NCBI GenBank assembly: GCA_964250175.1
Contig: CAXUEQ010000003.1
Location: 7,102-71,101 of the forward strand
Reading direction: 5' to 3'
From: an uncultured Sphingobium sp.
GTDB taxonomy: Bacteria > Pseudomonadota > Alphaproteobacteria > Sphingomonadales > Sphingomonadaceae
Length of the DNA stretch: 64,000 nt
Of the stretch, positions 37,401 through 46,836 are shown one piece after another. The notes beneath the pieces were generated by a model. That model had not been told where the DNA came from. It made no database searches and worked only from the letters and a program-made list of their open reading frames with translations. A program made the translations under genes and the position numbers. Every line of letters begins with the position of its first letter. Position 1 is the first letter of the stretch.

Positions 37401-37414
37401 CGAAATTCCGCGAA

Positions 37415-38134
37415 TTAATTCGCAATATTGGGCCGACCTTGTTGCCCAATAAGGCATAACTGACGCAGTTCGGCTTCGACGGCGGTTCGTTTCAATTTTG
37501 CTCCGAACCTGCCCCTTGCAGCCGGGTAAGCTACGCGCTTCCAGTCCACTCGCCCGCCGGCTGTCGCGTATAGATCGACTAGGAAGGCCCGCACTTCATC
37601 GAAGTCGATCTCGCACCTATCTAAAATCGCTTCCGCTTTACTTGTTGCAAGCGGGGTTTGATCCGGATTCGCAAGGTCAGTTTCCGGATGACGGCTCTCC
37701 AACAATGCTTCCCAATCACCCTTTTCAAAATATAGACTATCGATGTCCCGACTCTCTACGAACACGATCGAACCAGCCCATAAGGGCATCGCAACGACCG
37801 ACGTGCCATCTGGAAGCGCACGCCAAATTCGGATGTGACAACCTTCGATCAGCCCCGTAATTTCGCTAACGGCCCGCTCCCTGAAGCGAGCAAGATATTC
37901 CCCCCGTTGAACTGTCTCATCGGGCGTCTCATCCCCTTGGGTAGTGATCTCGTCATAGAGAAAGAATCCGTTGTTGGGGTTTATCCCGGCGTTCATGGCC
38001 AGTCGCCGCCGAAGGCTTGCGAGCGCCAAGGGTACACGAAGGGGATTGGATAGACCGCTATTCAACAGGTATGCTCCGAATATAAACTGACCAGGCGTCC
38101 AGCAGCTCGCGCCTGAATTCCAAGATTTTTGCAC
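37415..38134 (-). CDS. Hypothetical protein between int and xis (possible regulator)
   Basis: Long ORF ending in a GRP motif; start uncertain (38134 or 37996). Confidence 0.55.
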   Translation of the reverse strand: MQKSWNSGASCWTPGQFIFGAYLLNSGLSNPLRVPLALASLRRRLAMNAGINPNNGFFLYDEITTQGDETPDETVQRGEYLARFRERAVSEITGLIEGCHIRIWRALPDGTSVVAMPLWAGSIVFVESRDIDSLYFEKGDWEALLESRHPETDLANPDQTPLATSKAEAILDRCEIDFDEVRAFLVDLYATAGGRVDWKRVAYPAARGRFGAKLKRTAVEAELRQLCLIGQQGRPNIAN

Positions 38135-38212
38135 GCTTACAAGCTGCGGCCACTTTATCCGACACCGTGTGAGTCAGAGCGATGGCTGCAAAGGCCTGAG
38201 AGACGTACAACA

Positions 38213-39439
38213 TCAGCCCCGCCCCTTCGTCGGAAAATTCAAGATCGCAGCGCCCGCCCGCAAATGGTCGAGATAATCCGACCACCACTGCGCCATCTCC
38301 ACCCGCTCTTTCCAATGCGCGCCTCGATGATAGGCGCTGCGGACATTATCGCTGTCCTGATGCGCCAAGGCTCGCTCGATCGCGTCGGGATGCCATTTCC
38401 CGCTCTCATTGAGCAGGGTCGAAGCCATGGCGCGGAAGCCGTGGGCGGTCATTTCGTCGCCGGTGAAGCCCAGCCGGCGCAACGCAGCATTGACCGTATT
38501 CTCGGACATAGGGCGTGCCGTCGAGCGGATCGACGGAAAGACCAGACCGAGCCTCCCGCCCGTCAGTTCATGCAGTTCGTTCAGCAGAGCAAGCGCCTGG
38601 CGAGACAACGGCACGTGATGAGGCTTGCGCATCTTCATCTTCTCAGCCGGGATCGTCCAGACTGCCGCATCCATATCGACCTCAGTCCACATCGCCGAAC
38701 GCAACTCACCGGGGCGCACGAAAACGTGCGGGGAGAGCTTGAGGGCATAGAGGGTGACATAATTGCCGTCGTAGCCGTCGATCGCGCGCAATAGTTCGCC
38801 GACCTTCACGGGATCGATGATCGCGCCATGATGCTTGGGCTTTGGTGCGATGAGCGCACCTTTGAGATCGCGCGTCGGGTCCGAGGTCAGGCGCGTCGTC
38901 GCAACGGCATAGCGAAACACCTGGCTGGCGAACTGGAGCATTCGCCGCGCCGTCTCCAGATTGCCCTTGCCCTCGACCCGCTTGAGGACCGGGATCAGAT
39001 CGGCCGGCATGATCTCGGCCACTGGCATCCTGCCGATTGCGGGGCTGAGGTGGCCCAGCAGATATTCAGCCTTGGCTTGCGTATTCTCCGCCCAGCCTTC
39101 CTTGGTCCGCTTATTGATGAACTCGGCCGCGACCGTCGCGAAGGTGTTGTCGGCGGAGATACGATCCTGCACCTTCTTCCGCACCTTCTCGACGCCGGGG
39201 TCTTTACCCGTGCTGATAAGCGAGCGCGCCTTGTCTCGGCCCTTCCGCGCATCGCCCAGGCTGACCTCGGGATAGGTGCCCAGACCCAGCTTCTTCTCCT
39301 TGCCATCGACCCGGTATTTGAGCCGCCAGAGCTTGCCGCCGCTCGGCTGGATCAACAGAAAAAGCCCACCGGCATCACCCATTTTATAAGGCTTGCCCTT
39401 GGGCTTGGCATTTCTGATCGCCGTGTCGGTCAATGCCAT
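38213..39439 (-). CDS. P4-like tyrosine integrase with Arm DNA-binding domain
   Basis: MALTDTAIRNAKP..K.YK..D.GGL; RPGE; HGFR; LAH....VRSAY; adjacent to tRNA. Confidence 0.95.
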   Translation of the reverse strand: MALTDTAIRNAKPKGKPYKMGDAGGLFLLIQPSGGKLWRLKYRVDGKEKKLGLGTYPEVSLGDARKGRDKARSLISTGKDPGVEKVRKKVQDRISADNTFATVAAEFINKRTKEGWAENTQAKAEYLLGHLSPAIGRMPVAEIMPADLIPVLKRVEGKGNLETARRMLQFASQVFRYAVATTRLTSDPTRDLKGALIAPKPKHHGAIIDPVKVGELLRAIDGYDGNYVTLYALKLSPHVFVRPGELRSAMWTEVDMDAAVWTIPAEKMKMRKPHHVPLSRQALALLNELHELTGGRLGLVFPSIRSTARPMSENTVNAALRRLGFTGDEMTAHGFRAMASTLLNESGKWHPDAIERALAHQDSDNVRSAYHRGAHWKERVEMAQWWSDYLDHLRAGAAILNFPTKGRG

Positions 39440-39441
39440 CG

Positions 39442-39501
39442 TGGGGGCCATTTCCATGTTGCCTGGGGCCACGCTAAAAATAGGCCCCAATCTGGCCCCC
39501 A
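39442..39501. repeat. Putative integrase arm-binding repeats (int side)
   Basis: TGGGGGCCA 39442 and TGGGGCCA 39464 (inverted); AGGCCCCAA 39482; TGGCCCCCA 39493. Confidence 0.72.
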
Positions 39502-39517
39502 AATTCTCCGGCTGTCA

Positions 39518-39605
39518 GCGAATAACGGCGAAAGCCAGCGAAGGGACCAAGGCTGAATATGGCTGATTTTCTGGGTTTGTAAACCCGTCAGCGAATGGTG
39601 GCGAA
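39518..39605. repeat. 10-bp-phased GCGAA repeats (putative Xis sites)
   Basis: GCGAA at 39518, 39528, 39538 and at 39591, 39601, between arm sites and att core. Confidence 0.68.
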
Positions 39606-39613
39606 GGGGCATA

Positions 39614-39689
39614 TGGTGCCCGGGGACGGAGTCGAACCGCCGACACTGCGATTTTCAGTCGCATGCTCTACCAACTGAGCTACCCGGGC
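39614..39689 (-). tRNA. tRNA-Phe(GAA)
   Basis: GCCCGGGTAGCTCAGTTGGTAGAGCATGCGACTGAAAATCGCAGTGTCGGCGGTTCGACTCCGTCCCCGGGCACCA; 76 nt, cloverleaf, encoded CCA. Confidence 0.98.
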
Positions 39690-39762
39690 ATGGCCCGAAG
39701 TCATGGCTCCGGGCGTTGGGAGCGCTGCCTATAAGCGTCTGCCGCCCCGACTGTCCACCCCT

Positions 39763-39951
39763 TTAATCGTCGTCATTTTGCCGAAAATCGTCTTGGCCGG
39801 GATCGATGGCGGGACCCGGCACACGATAGTCTTCGCCCAGCCATTTCAGCAGGTCGCGATCGCGACAGCCGCGCCCGCAAAAGGGCTTGGTTTCCGGCTG
39901 GGCCGGGTTGCCGCAGACAGGGCAGACGGGCGTGTGGCGATTAATGGACAT
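39763..39951 (-). CDS. yacG: DNA gyrase inhibitor YacG
   Basis: CPVCG......PFCGRGCRDRDLLKWL.E.Y. Confidence 0.9.
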   Translation of the reverse strand: MSINRHTPVCPVCGNPAQPETKPFCGRGCRDRDLLKWLGEDYRVPGPAIDPGQDDFRQNDDD

Positions 39952-40942
39952 GGCCTGCAGATATGGGCAGCGCCGGATCAGGCCGCAAGATGACCGTGCC
40001 GCCACGACGCTGTTCGAGCAGCGCGATCCAGCCGGGAGCCTTGTGCAAACGGTCAATGACTATGGGCGTTGCCGTCATGGTCACGCCGCCACCGCCGGTC
40101 GGGCCGCTTTCATGGCGTTCGGCACGGCGAAGCAGCGCAAGTGCCGCGGCCAGCACAGGGTCTTCGCGCAACAATTCGATCAGCGAAGGGCGTTCGCGCC
40201 GGCGAATGATTTGGACGAAGCCGAAGCCGTTCACGGCCGTGCGCTCGAACGGCAGCGGCAGGGCCTTGTCGATCTGCGCGGCCGCGATCGTGCGTTCGTC
40301 CTTGTTATTCATCGTCGGCAGGTCGATGCCGATCGACCCGGCCAGCCCCATACGGCGGATCGCCAGCGCGGCAAGCTTCGCACCCTTGGGACCGAGCTGG
40401 GCGGGCGGCAGGCTGCCGTCGACATCGATCAGCACCATCGCGGGCGTCGGGAAGATACGCAGCGCGCAATCCTCACGACCGACTTCGCCGCTCATGGCTT
40501 CCTCAAGCAATTCGCTCCAGCCATGCACTTCCAGCCGGTCTTCCTCATGCGCGGGACAGGGAATGACGGGCTGACCGCTGGCGCGAATGCGCTGGAGCAG
40601 GCTGGGGCCGGGATGGGGCTTGACTCCGGGCAGCGGCACCCGCGCCTTGGCCAGCTTGTCGCGGCCTTCCTCGCCGATCGCCGATCGCAGGATTTCGATC
40701 AGCAACTGACCGCCCTCGGACGTCCTGGGGGGAATCGGTTCGAGCAGAACCTCTTCATTGCCGTCCAGCCGAACGATACCGCGCTTTTTCGGGATCAGCG
40801 TGCGGACCAATTTGCCCTGCACGACCGCACCCGCCAAAACGCGGCGGTCGCTACGCTCGATCTGCGCTTCCAGGATCGTGCCGCGCTCGACCAGAGCGGC
40901 GCGCGCCTCCCCGATGCCTTCTTCGTATAGCCACTCAGCCAA
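39941..40942 (-). CDS. RNase E/G-like protein (short sphingomonad form)
   Basis: TPAMVLIDVDG, GSIGIDLP, NGFGFVQI; conserved infA-maf-rng-yacG order. Confidence 0.8.
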   Translation of the reverse strand: MAEWLYEEGIGEARAALVERGTILEAQIERSDRRVLAGAVVQGKLVRTLIPKKRGIVRLDGNEEVLLEPIPPRTSEGGQLLIEILRSAIGEEGRDKLAKARVPLPGVKPHPGPSLLQRIRASGQPVIPCPAHEEDRLEVHGWSELLEEAMSGEVGREDCALRIFPTPAMVLIDVDGSLPPAQLGPKGAKLAALAIRRMGLAGSIGIDLPTMNNKDERTIAAAQIDKALPLPFERTAVNGFGFVQIIRRRERPSLIELLREDPVLAAALALLRRAERHESGPTGGGGVTMTATPIVIDRLHKAPGWIALLEQRRGGTVILRPDPALPISAGHVH

Positions 40943-41507
40943 TCGGATATCCTGCGGATTTCAGCAAGGCGCGCACTTCGAACAGCGGCAAGCCCATCAC
41001 GCCCGAATGGCTGCCCTGCAATGCGCGGATGAGACCGGCGGCCCGCCCCTGAATCGCATAGCCCCCCGCCTTGCCGCGCCATTCGTCGCTGGCGATATAA
41101 GCGTCGATCTCTTCGGCGTGCAGCCGTTTGAAGGTGACGATGCTTTCGGACAATTTATGTCGCGCCTTCCCGGTCGCGTCGATCAGCGTCACACCGGTCA
41201 GCACGCGATGGCGGCGGCCGGACAGCCGGTCGAGACAGGCACGGGCTTCGGTATCGCTTTCCGCCTTGGGCAGGATGCGACGACCGACGGCGACGACGGT
41301 ATCGCCCGACAGCACGAGCGCGCCGGGATACCGGATCGCGACGATCGCGCCCTTTTCCGCTGCCACGCGCGCGGCATAGCGGGCGGGCAGTTCCGCCTTG
41401 TGCGGGGTTTCGTCTATATCGGCGGGATCGACGATATCGGGCTTTACCCCGATCATCGCCAGCAGATCGACCCGGCGTGGAGAGGCCGAGGCAAGAACGA
41501 GGCGCAC
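40935..41507 (-). CDS. maf: Maf nucleotide pyrophosphatase
   Basis: LVLASASPRR, DTVV, GKAGGYAIQG, VMGLP. Confidence 0.93.
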   Translation of the reverse strand: MRLVLASASPRRVDLLAMIGVKPDIVDPADIDETPHKAELPARYAARVAAEKGAIVAIRYPGALVLSGDTVVAVGRRILPKAESDTEARACLDRLSGRRHRVLTGVTLIDATGKARHKLSESIVTFKRLHAEEIDAYIASDEWRGKAGGYAIQGRAAGLIRALQGSHSGVMGLPLFEVRALLKSAGYPIG

Positions 41508-41520
41508 GGGTCCGAGCGCC

Positions 41521-41739
41521 TTATTTGAAGCGGTAGGTGATGCGGCCCTTGGTCAGGTCGTAGGGGGTCAGTTCGACCAGCACTTCGTCGCCGACCAGCA
41601 CACGGATGCGGTTCTTGCGCATCTTGCCAGCGGTATGCCCCAATATTTCATGGTCATTCTCAAGCTTGACGCGGAACATCGCGTTGGGGAGAAGCTCCAC
41701 AACCGATCCGCGCATTTCCAGCAGTTCTTCTTTCGCCAT
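41521..41739 (-). CDS. infA: Translation initiation factor IF-1
   Basis: [20 protein letters not shown]...[14 protein letters not shown]. Confidence 0.98.
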   Translation of the reverse strand: MAKEELLEMRGSVVELLPNAMFRVKLENDHEILGHTAGKMRKNRIRVLVGDEVLVELTPYDLTKGRITYRFK

Positions 41740-41822
41740 AATATCCCGATAAACTCAAAAATTCGCGCCGCCATAGCGGCAAACAGTGGAAATGAAAAGC
41801 TGCGCCGTTCGCTCGAACAGGA

Positions 41823-43073
41823 TCAGCCGAAATGGTCGCCCGCTTCGGTGATTCCGGCGAAGATGCGATCGAGTTGATCCGCGTCGATGCAATAAGGTGG
41901 CATCACATAGATGCTGTTGCCAAGCGGGCGGAGCAAGAGGCCTTTTCCAAGGAAAAAAGCGCGGAGGGCGGGCGCGACGGAGGAGAGGTAGCCTGCATCC
42001 GCGGCCCTGAGATCGACGGCGGCGACAGCGCCCAGCAGGCGTGGATTGTCGAATGCGGGGTGATCGCGCAGCCCGTCGAGCCTGGCGGCCAGCCCGGCCG
42101 ACAGCGCCGCGATCCGGCCCAGCACATCTTCTTCGCGCCAGATGGCGAGATTGGCGGCAGCGGCGGCGCAGGCGATCGGGTTCGCGGTATAACTGCTCGA
42201 ATGATAGAACATGGTCGCACGGTCGTCGCCATAATGGGCTTCGAAGATCGCCGGACTGGCGAGCGTCGCGGCGAGCGGGAGCGATCCGCCTGTGATCCCC
42301 TTCGCCACGCACAGGATGTCGGGCGCGACCCCGGCCTGCTCGCAGGCGAAGAGCGTGCCGGTGCGGCCCCAGCCGGTCATCACCTCATCGACGATAAGCA
42401 GGACGCCATGGCGCGCGCAGATCGCCGCCATGTCCGCCAGCACCCAGGCGGGATAGATCAGCATGCCGCCCGCCCCGAGCAGCAAGGGTTCGATTATGAA
42501 GGCGGCGGGCTTTTGCGCGCAGGCGGCTTCGAGTGCAGCGAGGCTCGCCTGTTCGCGACCCGGCGCGGGGAAGGGAATGGTGCCGACGTCGAACAGCAAG
42601 GGCGCATAGGGGTGGTTGAACGCGCCGCGCGCGCCCACCGACATCGCGCCGATCGTGTCGCCATGATAGCTATGTTCGAGCACGAGGATGCGATGGCGGG
42701 GCTGGCCGATATTGTGCCAATAACCAAGTGCCATCTTGAGGCCCACCTCCACCGCCGTGGAGCCGCTGTCGGAAAAGAATACATGGGCAAGACTATCGGG
42801 CGCAAGGTCGATCAGGCCGCGCGCGACTTCTTCCGCCCGATCATGGGTATAGCCCGCGAAGATCAACTGATCGAGCCGGCCCGCCTGATCGGCGATGGCG
42901 GCGGCGATGCGTGGTTCGCAATGGCCGTGGGTGGTGACCCACCAGCTCGATATGCCGTCGATCAGCGTGGCGCCGTCAGCGCAGTGGAGCAGCGCACCAG
43001 CGGCCCGGACCACGCGCGGGATCGCTTCGTTGAGACCGTGCTGGGTGAAGGGATGCCAGACCGGGGAGGTCAT
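41823..43073 (-). CDS. bioA: DAPA aminotransferase
   Basis: VWHPFTQH, SSWW, YHGDT, DEVMTG.GRTG, AKGITGG. Confidence 0.95.
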   Translation of the reverse strand: MTSPVWHPFTQHGLNEAIPRVVRAAGALLHCADGATLIDGISSWWVTTHGHCEPRIAAAIADQAGRLDQLIFAGYTHDRAEEVARGLIDLAPDSLAHVFFSDSGSTAVEVGLKMALGYWHNIGQPRHRILVLEHSYHGDTIGAMSVGARGAFNHPYAPLLFDVGTIPFPAPGREQASLAALEAACAQKPAAFIIEPLLLGAGGMLIYPAWVLADMAAICARHGVLLIVDEVMTGWGRTGTLFACEQAGVAPDILCVAKGITGGSLPLAATLASPAIFEAHYGDDRATMFYHSSSYTANPIACAAAAANLAIWREEDVLGRIAALSAGLAARLDGLRDHPAFDNPRLLGAVAAVDLRAADAGYLSSVAPALRAFFLGKGLLLRPLGNSIYVMPPYCIDADQLDRIFAGITEAGDHFG

Positions 43074-43699
43074 AGCGCCGCCCGGATCGCGGCGAGGTCG
43101 ATATGATCGTGCATCGCCTGCGCCAGCGTGGCTGCATCGAGAGGATCGAGCAAAGGCAACCGCCCCAGCGAAGGAATGCCGCTCATCGCCGGAATGATCC
43201 GGGCATTCTCCTCGTGCGGATCGCCGATGAAGGCGACGCCGAGGATCGGAATGCCGCGTGCCTTTAGCGCCTCCAGGCTGAGCAGGCTGTGGTTGATCGT
43301 GCCCAAGGCCGTGCGCGCGCAGAGGATGACCGGCGCCTGCCAGCGGGCGAACAGGTCGGCCATGGTCGCGGTCTGCGTGAGCGGCACAAGCAGGCCCCCT
43401 GCCCCCTCGATCACCAGCGGGCCGGGCGTGTAAGGGAGCGCGAGACGATCGAGGTCGATCGCGATGCCGTCGATCCGCGCGGCCAGATGAGGGGAAGCGG
43501 GCGTCGCCAGGCTATAGGCCTCGGGCAGGATATGGTCGGTCGGGACGCCGAAGCGCCGGGCGACCTGCGCGTCGCTGTCCGGGTCAAGACCAGCCTGCAC
43601 CGGCTTCCAATAATGCCCGCCCAGCACAGCGGCGAGGCCGGCGGCGAAGACGGTCTTGCCGATCCCGGTGTCGGTGCCTGTGACGACCAAAGCACTCAT
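43070..43699 (-). CDS. bioD: Dethiobiotin synthase
   Basis: VTGTDTGIGKT, YWKPVQAG, EGAGG, LGTINH. Confidence 0.95.
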   Translation of the reverse strand: MSALVVTGTDTGIGKTVFAAGLAAVLGGHYWKPVQAGLDPDSDAQVARRFGVPTDHILPEAYSLATPASPHLAARIDGIAIDLDRLALPYTPGPLVIEGAGGLLVPLTQTATMADLFARWQAPVILCARTALGTINHSLLSLEALKARGIPILGVAFIGDPHEENARIIPAMSGIPSLGRLPLLDPLDAATLAQAMHDHIDLAAIRAAL

Positions 43700-44820
43700 G
43701 CAAGCACCGGGGCGAGCGCGTCGGCCAGCGCGTCGACATCGGCCGGGCCGACATTGAGGGTCAGGGACACGCGCAGGCGCGCGGTGCCGGCGGGGACGGT
43801 CGGCGGGCGAATGCCGCGCACGTCGAAACCGGCGGACTGGAGGGCGGCGGCGGCGACCATGGCGCGCCTGTCGTCGCCCAGGATGATCGGGATGATCTGG
43901 CTCTGCGGCGCGGGCAGGCCGAAGCGGGCGCAAAGACTATGGCCCGCATGGTCGCGGAGCACCGCCAGCCGCGCGCGCCGGTCGTCGGCGGCAGCGACCC
44001 GGTCGAGCGCCGCGCCGACCGCGATCGCCATCAACGGCGAGGGCGCGGTCGAGAAGATGAAGGGCCGGGCGCGGTTGACCAGATAGTCGATGACGAGGCG
44101 CGCGCCGGTGACCAGCGCCCCCTCGGTCCCCAGCGCCTTGCCGCAGGTGTGGAGCGTGACGACATGCGGCTGCCCCTCCAGCGCGGCGGCGAGGCCCCTG
44201 CCCTGCGGCCCGAATACGCCGGTGGCATGGGCTTCGTCGATCAGCAGCATCGCGTCGTGCCGCGCGGCGATCCGCGCGAAGGCATCGACCGGGGCGATGT
44301 CGCCGTCCATGCTGTAGAGGGTTTCGAACAGCAGCCAGATGCGGCCCTTGCCACCCTCCGCGCGCCAGCCGCTTATCAGGTCCTCGACCGATTGCGGGTC
44401 ATTGTGGCGGGCGAAGACATGCGCCGCCTTGCTCAGTTTGAGGCCGTCATGCGCGCTGGCATGGACCAGGGCGTCGGCGACGATCAGGTCGCCGCGCTGG
44501 GGCAGGCAGGCGACGAGACCGGCATTGGCGGCAAAACCGTTGGCGAAGAACAGCGCGGCCTCGCTGCCGAAGAAGTCCGCGGCCTGCGCCTCCAGCGCCT
44601 CATGCTCGGGTGCATTGCCGCGCAGCAGGCGGGAGCCGCCCGAGCCGACCGGCACGCCGCGCGCGATGGCGTCGGCAACGGCACCGGCGATGACGGGATC
44701 GGCGGCGAGGCCGAGATAATCGTTCGAGGAGAAGTCGCGTCCGGCGCGCGGGACCAGCCGGCGCAGGCGGTCGCGTCGGGCCAGGGCGGCGAGCTGGGTT
44801 GCGAGCGGATCGGCAGCCAT
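43696..44820 (-). CDS. bioF: 8-amino-7-oxononanoate synthase
   Basis: FSSNDYLGL, GSGGSRLL, SMDGD, DEAH, TCGKALG, IRPPTVP. Confidence 0.95.
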   Translation of the reverse strand: MAADPLATQLAALARRDRLRRLVPRAGRDFSSNDYLGLAADPVIAGAVADAIARGVPVGSGGSRLLRGNAPEHEALEAQAADFFGSEAALFFANGFAANAGLVACLPQRGDLIVADALVHASAHDGLKLSKAAHVFARHNDPQSVEDLISGWRAEGGKGRIWLLFETLYSMDGDIAPVDAFARIAARHDAMLLIDEAHATGVFGPQGRGLAAALEGQPHVVTLHTCGKALGTEGALVTGARLVIDYLVNRARPFIFSTAPSPLMAIAVGAALDRVAAADDRRARLAVLRDHAGHSLCARFGLPAPQSQIIPIILGDDRRAMVAAAALQSAGFDVRGIRPPTVPAGTARLRVSLTLNVGPADVDALADALAPVLA

Positions 44821-44976
44821 GCCGCCGCTATAGGCGGGTGCGCAGCACGATCAAGTGTTGGACGTTGCGCGCCTTAGCTTCGCATATTTCCCGCACATAG
44901 AGATATTTTGTTACAAAATTCGGATATTTCCGGAAAGTAGCGAAAATATGATGATAGCACGAAGCATAGGCTGTGT

Positions 44977-45027
44977 GTCCTTCGATACGCCATTTCGACA
45001 AGCGCAATGGCTACTCAGGACGAACGG
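44977..45027. repeat. Interspersed palindromic (REP-like) element
   Basis: GTCCTTCGATACG...CTACTCAGGACGAACGG resembles alphaproteobacterial CTTCGA..CTCAGG..AACGG repeats. Confidence 0.5.
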
Positions 45028-45067
45028 GGATTCTTAGCATAGCCGGGCGTGTGTAGGACATCGATCT

Positions 45068-46669
45068 TCACAGGACGAAGCCGCCCTGCGCGCCGGGCTG
45101 GTGGGAGGCGCGGGTCTCGACGCGCGGGGCGCGGCGATTGGGGCTGACGAGCGGCGGCAATCTGGGGCTGTGATTCTGGAACAGCTCGGCCAGCGTGAAG
45201 ATTTGCAGGACCGGGAAACGGCCGAATTCGGTTTCGAGCAGGCCATGGCTATTGGCTTCGTCGATCATGCCGCGCGTGGGCAGCGCCGCGCAGACGAACA
45301 GGCCCATGCGATGCCCGTCGCGCTGCATCACGCGGCCGAGATCGCGGACCATGGCCGGGTTCACATGATTGCCGGCCTTGACCGAGATGACGCCGGTTTC
45401 GGTCTGGCCGTTGGCGCCGACATAATAGAAATAGCCATCGACGCCCTTGTCGCCGCCTTTCTTGCCCCCCATCCACGGCCAGCCGCCCAGCTTGAGCGTG
45501 ATCCAGTGCTGGAACTGGTGCGGGTCGTCGGCGGCGAGGCGTTGCGCAGAGGCGAGATCGCGGGGGCTGCCGATCGTCTCGAATTGCACGTCCGCACCAT
45601 AGCCTTCGCGCAGGCGCTTCTCGATCAGGCCGATGGCAAGATGGGTGACGTCAATGCCGATCCAGCGTCGCCCCAGCTTCTGCGCGGCATCGACCGCCGT
45701 GCCGCAGCCGCAAAAGGGGTCGAGCACGACATCGCCCGGATTGGAGGAGGCGGCGATGATGCGTTCGAGCAATTCGCGCGGTTTCTGGGTGGGATAGCCG
45801 AGCCGTTCCTGCGCCTGCGAATTGAGCGCGGGAATGTCGGTCCACAGCGCCTGCACCGGCAGCCCCTTGGCTTCGTCGAGATAGCGTTTCAGACGGATGC
45901 CGCCGTTGCGGGTGAAATGCAGCCGGTTCTCCGCATCCAGGCGGCGCATCGTCTCGATCGGCATCCGCCAGAGCGACGTGACGCCGCGATATTCGTAGGT
46001 ATAGCCGCCCCCGGACAAGCCCTTGGCGGTCAGATTGTCGTCCATCCAGCGCCGCCCGTCCGGGTCGGCGCTGCGAAAGCGTTCGGCATAGGCGTCGTCA
46101 TAAGGCATGAACTGCTGGTTCCATGTCGGCTGGGCGGACCGCGCATAGAAAAGGATGATATCGGTGTTGCGGCCGTAGCGGCCGCCATCGCTGTGCGCCG
46201 TGGTGCGTTTCCAGGTGATTTCGTTGCGATAATTGTCCGCGCCGAACACGGCGTCCAACACCAGTTTGAGATAATGGCTCGCCGTGGGATCGCAGTGGAG
46301 ATAGAGGCTGCCCGTCGGCTTGAGCACGCGATGCAATTCCAGCAATCGCACCGCCATCATCGCCAGATAGGCCATCATCGCATTCTCGCCGATCGCGGTG
46401 CGCATCGCCTGCATCAGCACATGGAGCGCGTGATTGCCGCTCTCCGTTATATCCATCATCGCGCCGGCGGATGCGGGCCCCCAGGACCAGGTGTCGCCGA
46501 ACGCCTCTATGCTGGCGTCGGCGCCCGCGCCGTCCAGCGATTTGAACAGGATATTATAGCTGGCATTCGAGTTGAAGGGCGGGTCGAGATAGACCAGATC
46601 GACGCTGCCGTCGGCGACATGATCGCGCAGGACAGGGAGATTGTCCCCGTAGAACAGGCGATTGCTCAT
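45068..46669 (-). CDS. Beta-class N6/N4 DNA methyltransferase fused to an Mrr-like C-terminal domain
   Basis: YLDPPFN, YPTQKP, VLDPFCGCGT; C-terminal FQ.W...GGDKGVDG...ISVK. Confidence 0.88.
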   Translation of the reverse strand: MSNRLFYGDNLPVLRDHVADGSVDLVYLDPPFNSNASYNILFKSLDGAGADASIEAFGDTWSWGPASAGAMMDITESGNHALHVLMQAMRTAIGENAMMAYLAMMAVRLLELHRVLKPTGSLYLHCDPTASHYLKLVLDAVFGADNYRNEITWKRTTAHSDGGRYGRNTDIILFYARSAQPTWNQQFMPYDDAYAERFRSADPDGRRWMDDNLTAKGLSGGGYTYEYRGVTSLWRMPIETMRRLDAENRLHFTRNGGIRLKRYLDEAKGLPVQALWTDIPALNSQAQERLGYPTQKPRELLERIIAASSNPGDVVLDPFCGCGTAVDAAQKLGRRWIGIDVTHLAIGLIEKRLREGYGADVQFETIGSPRDLASAQRLAADDPHQFQHWITLKLGGWPWMGGKKGGDKGVDGYFYYVGANGQTETGVISVKAGNHVNPAMVRDLGRVMQRDGHRMGLFVCAALPTRGMIDEANSHGLLETEFGRFPVLQIFTLAELFQNHSPRLPPLVSPNRRAPRVETRASHQPGAQGGFVL

Positions 46670-46780
46670 CGCCTGCGGATCGCGATCGAAAATGCCATGC
46701 CCCTCCCCCCTGTTCGGAAGGCGGGAAAAGCAGGTCAGGCCAGCGGCAACCACCATGGTTTCGTCCATAATGGCGGCAAG

Positions 46781-46811
46781 AAAAAAGGGACGCCGTTACG
46801 ACGCCCCTTTT
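46781..46811 (-). terminator. Intrinsic terminator after hppA
   Basis: Minus strand GGGGCGTCG-TAA-CGGCGTCCC followed by TTTTTT. Confidence 0.75.
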
Positions 46812-46836
46812 CCCTCCATTATCGCGCAGTCGGCGG

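Larger units (their letters stand above)
11622..39630. mobile_element. ~28 kb integrated satellite-like element at tRNA-Phe with P22-like ejection genes
   Basis: Direct repeat of the tRNA 3' end at both ends; P4-like int, xis, primase, helicase, TerS-like gene; visibly lower GC in parts; no capsid/portal/TerL/tail genes seen. Confidence 0.88.

Noticed and set aside
41823-44820. bioF-bioD-bioA without bioB/bioC as an unusual pathway
   Set aside because: Split bio clusters are common in alphaproteobacteria; the other genes may lie elsewhere.
44880-44950. AT-rich imperfect inverted repeat upstream of bioF as a biotin operator
   Set aside because: I cannot match it to a BirA or BioR consensus with confidence.
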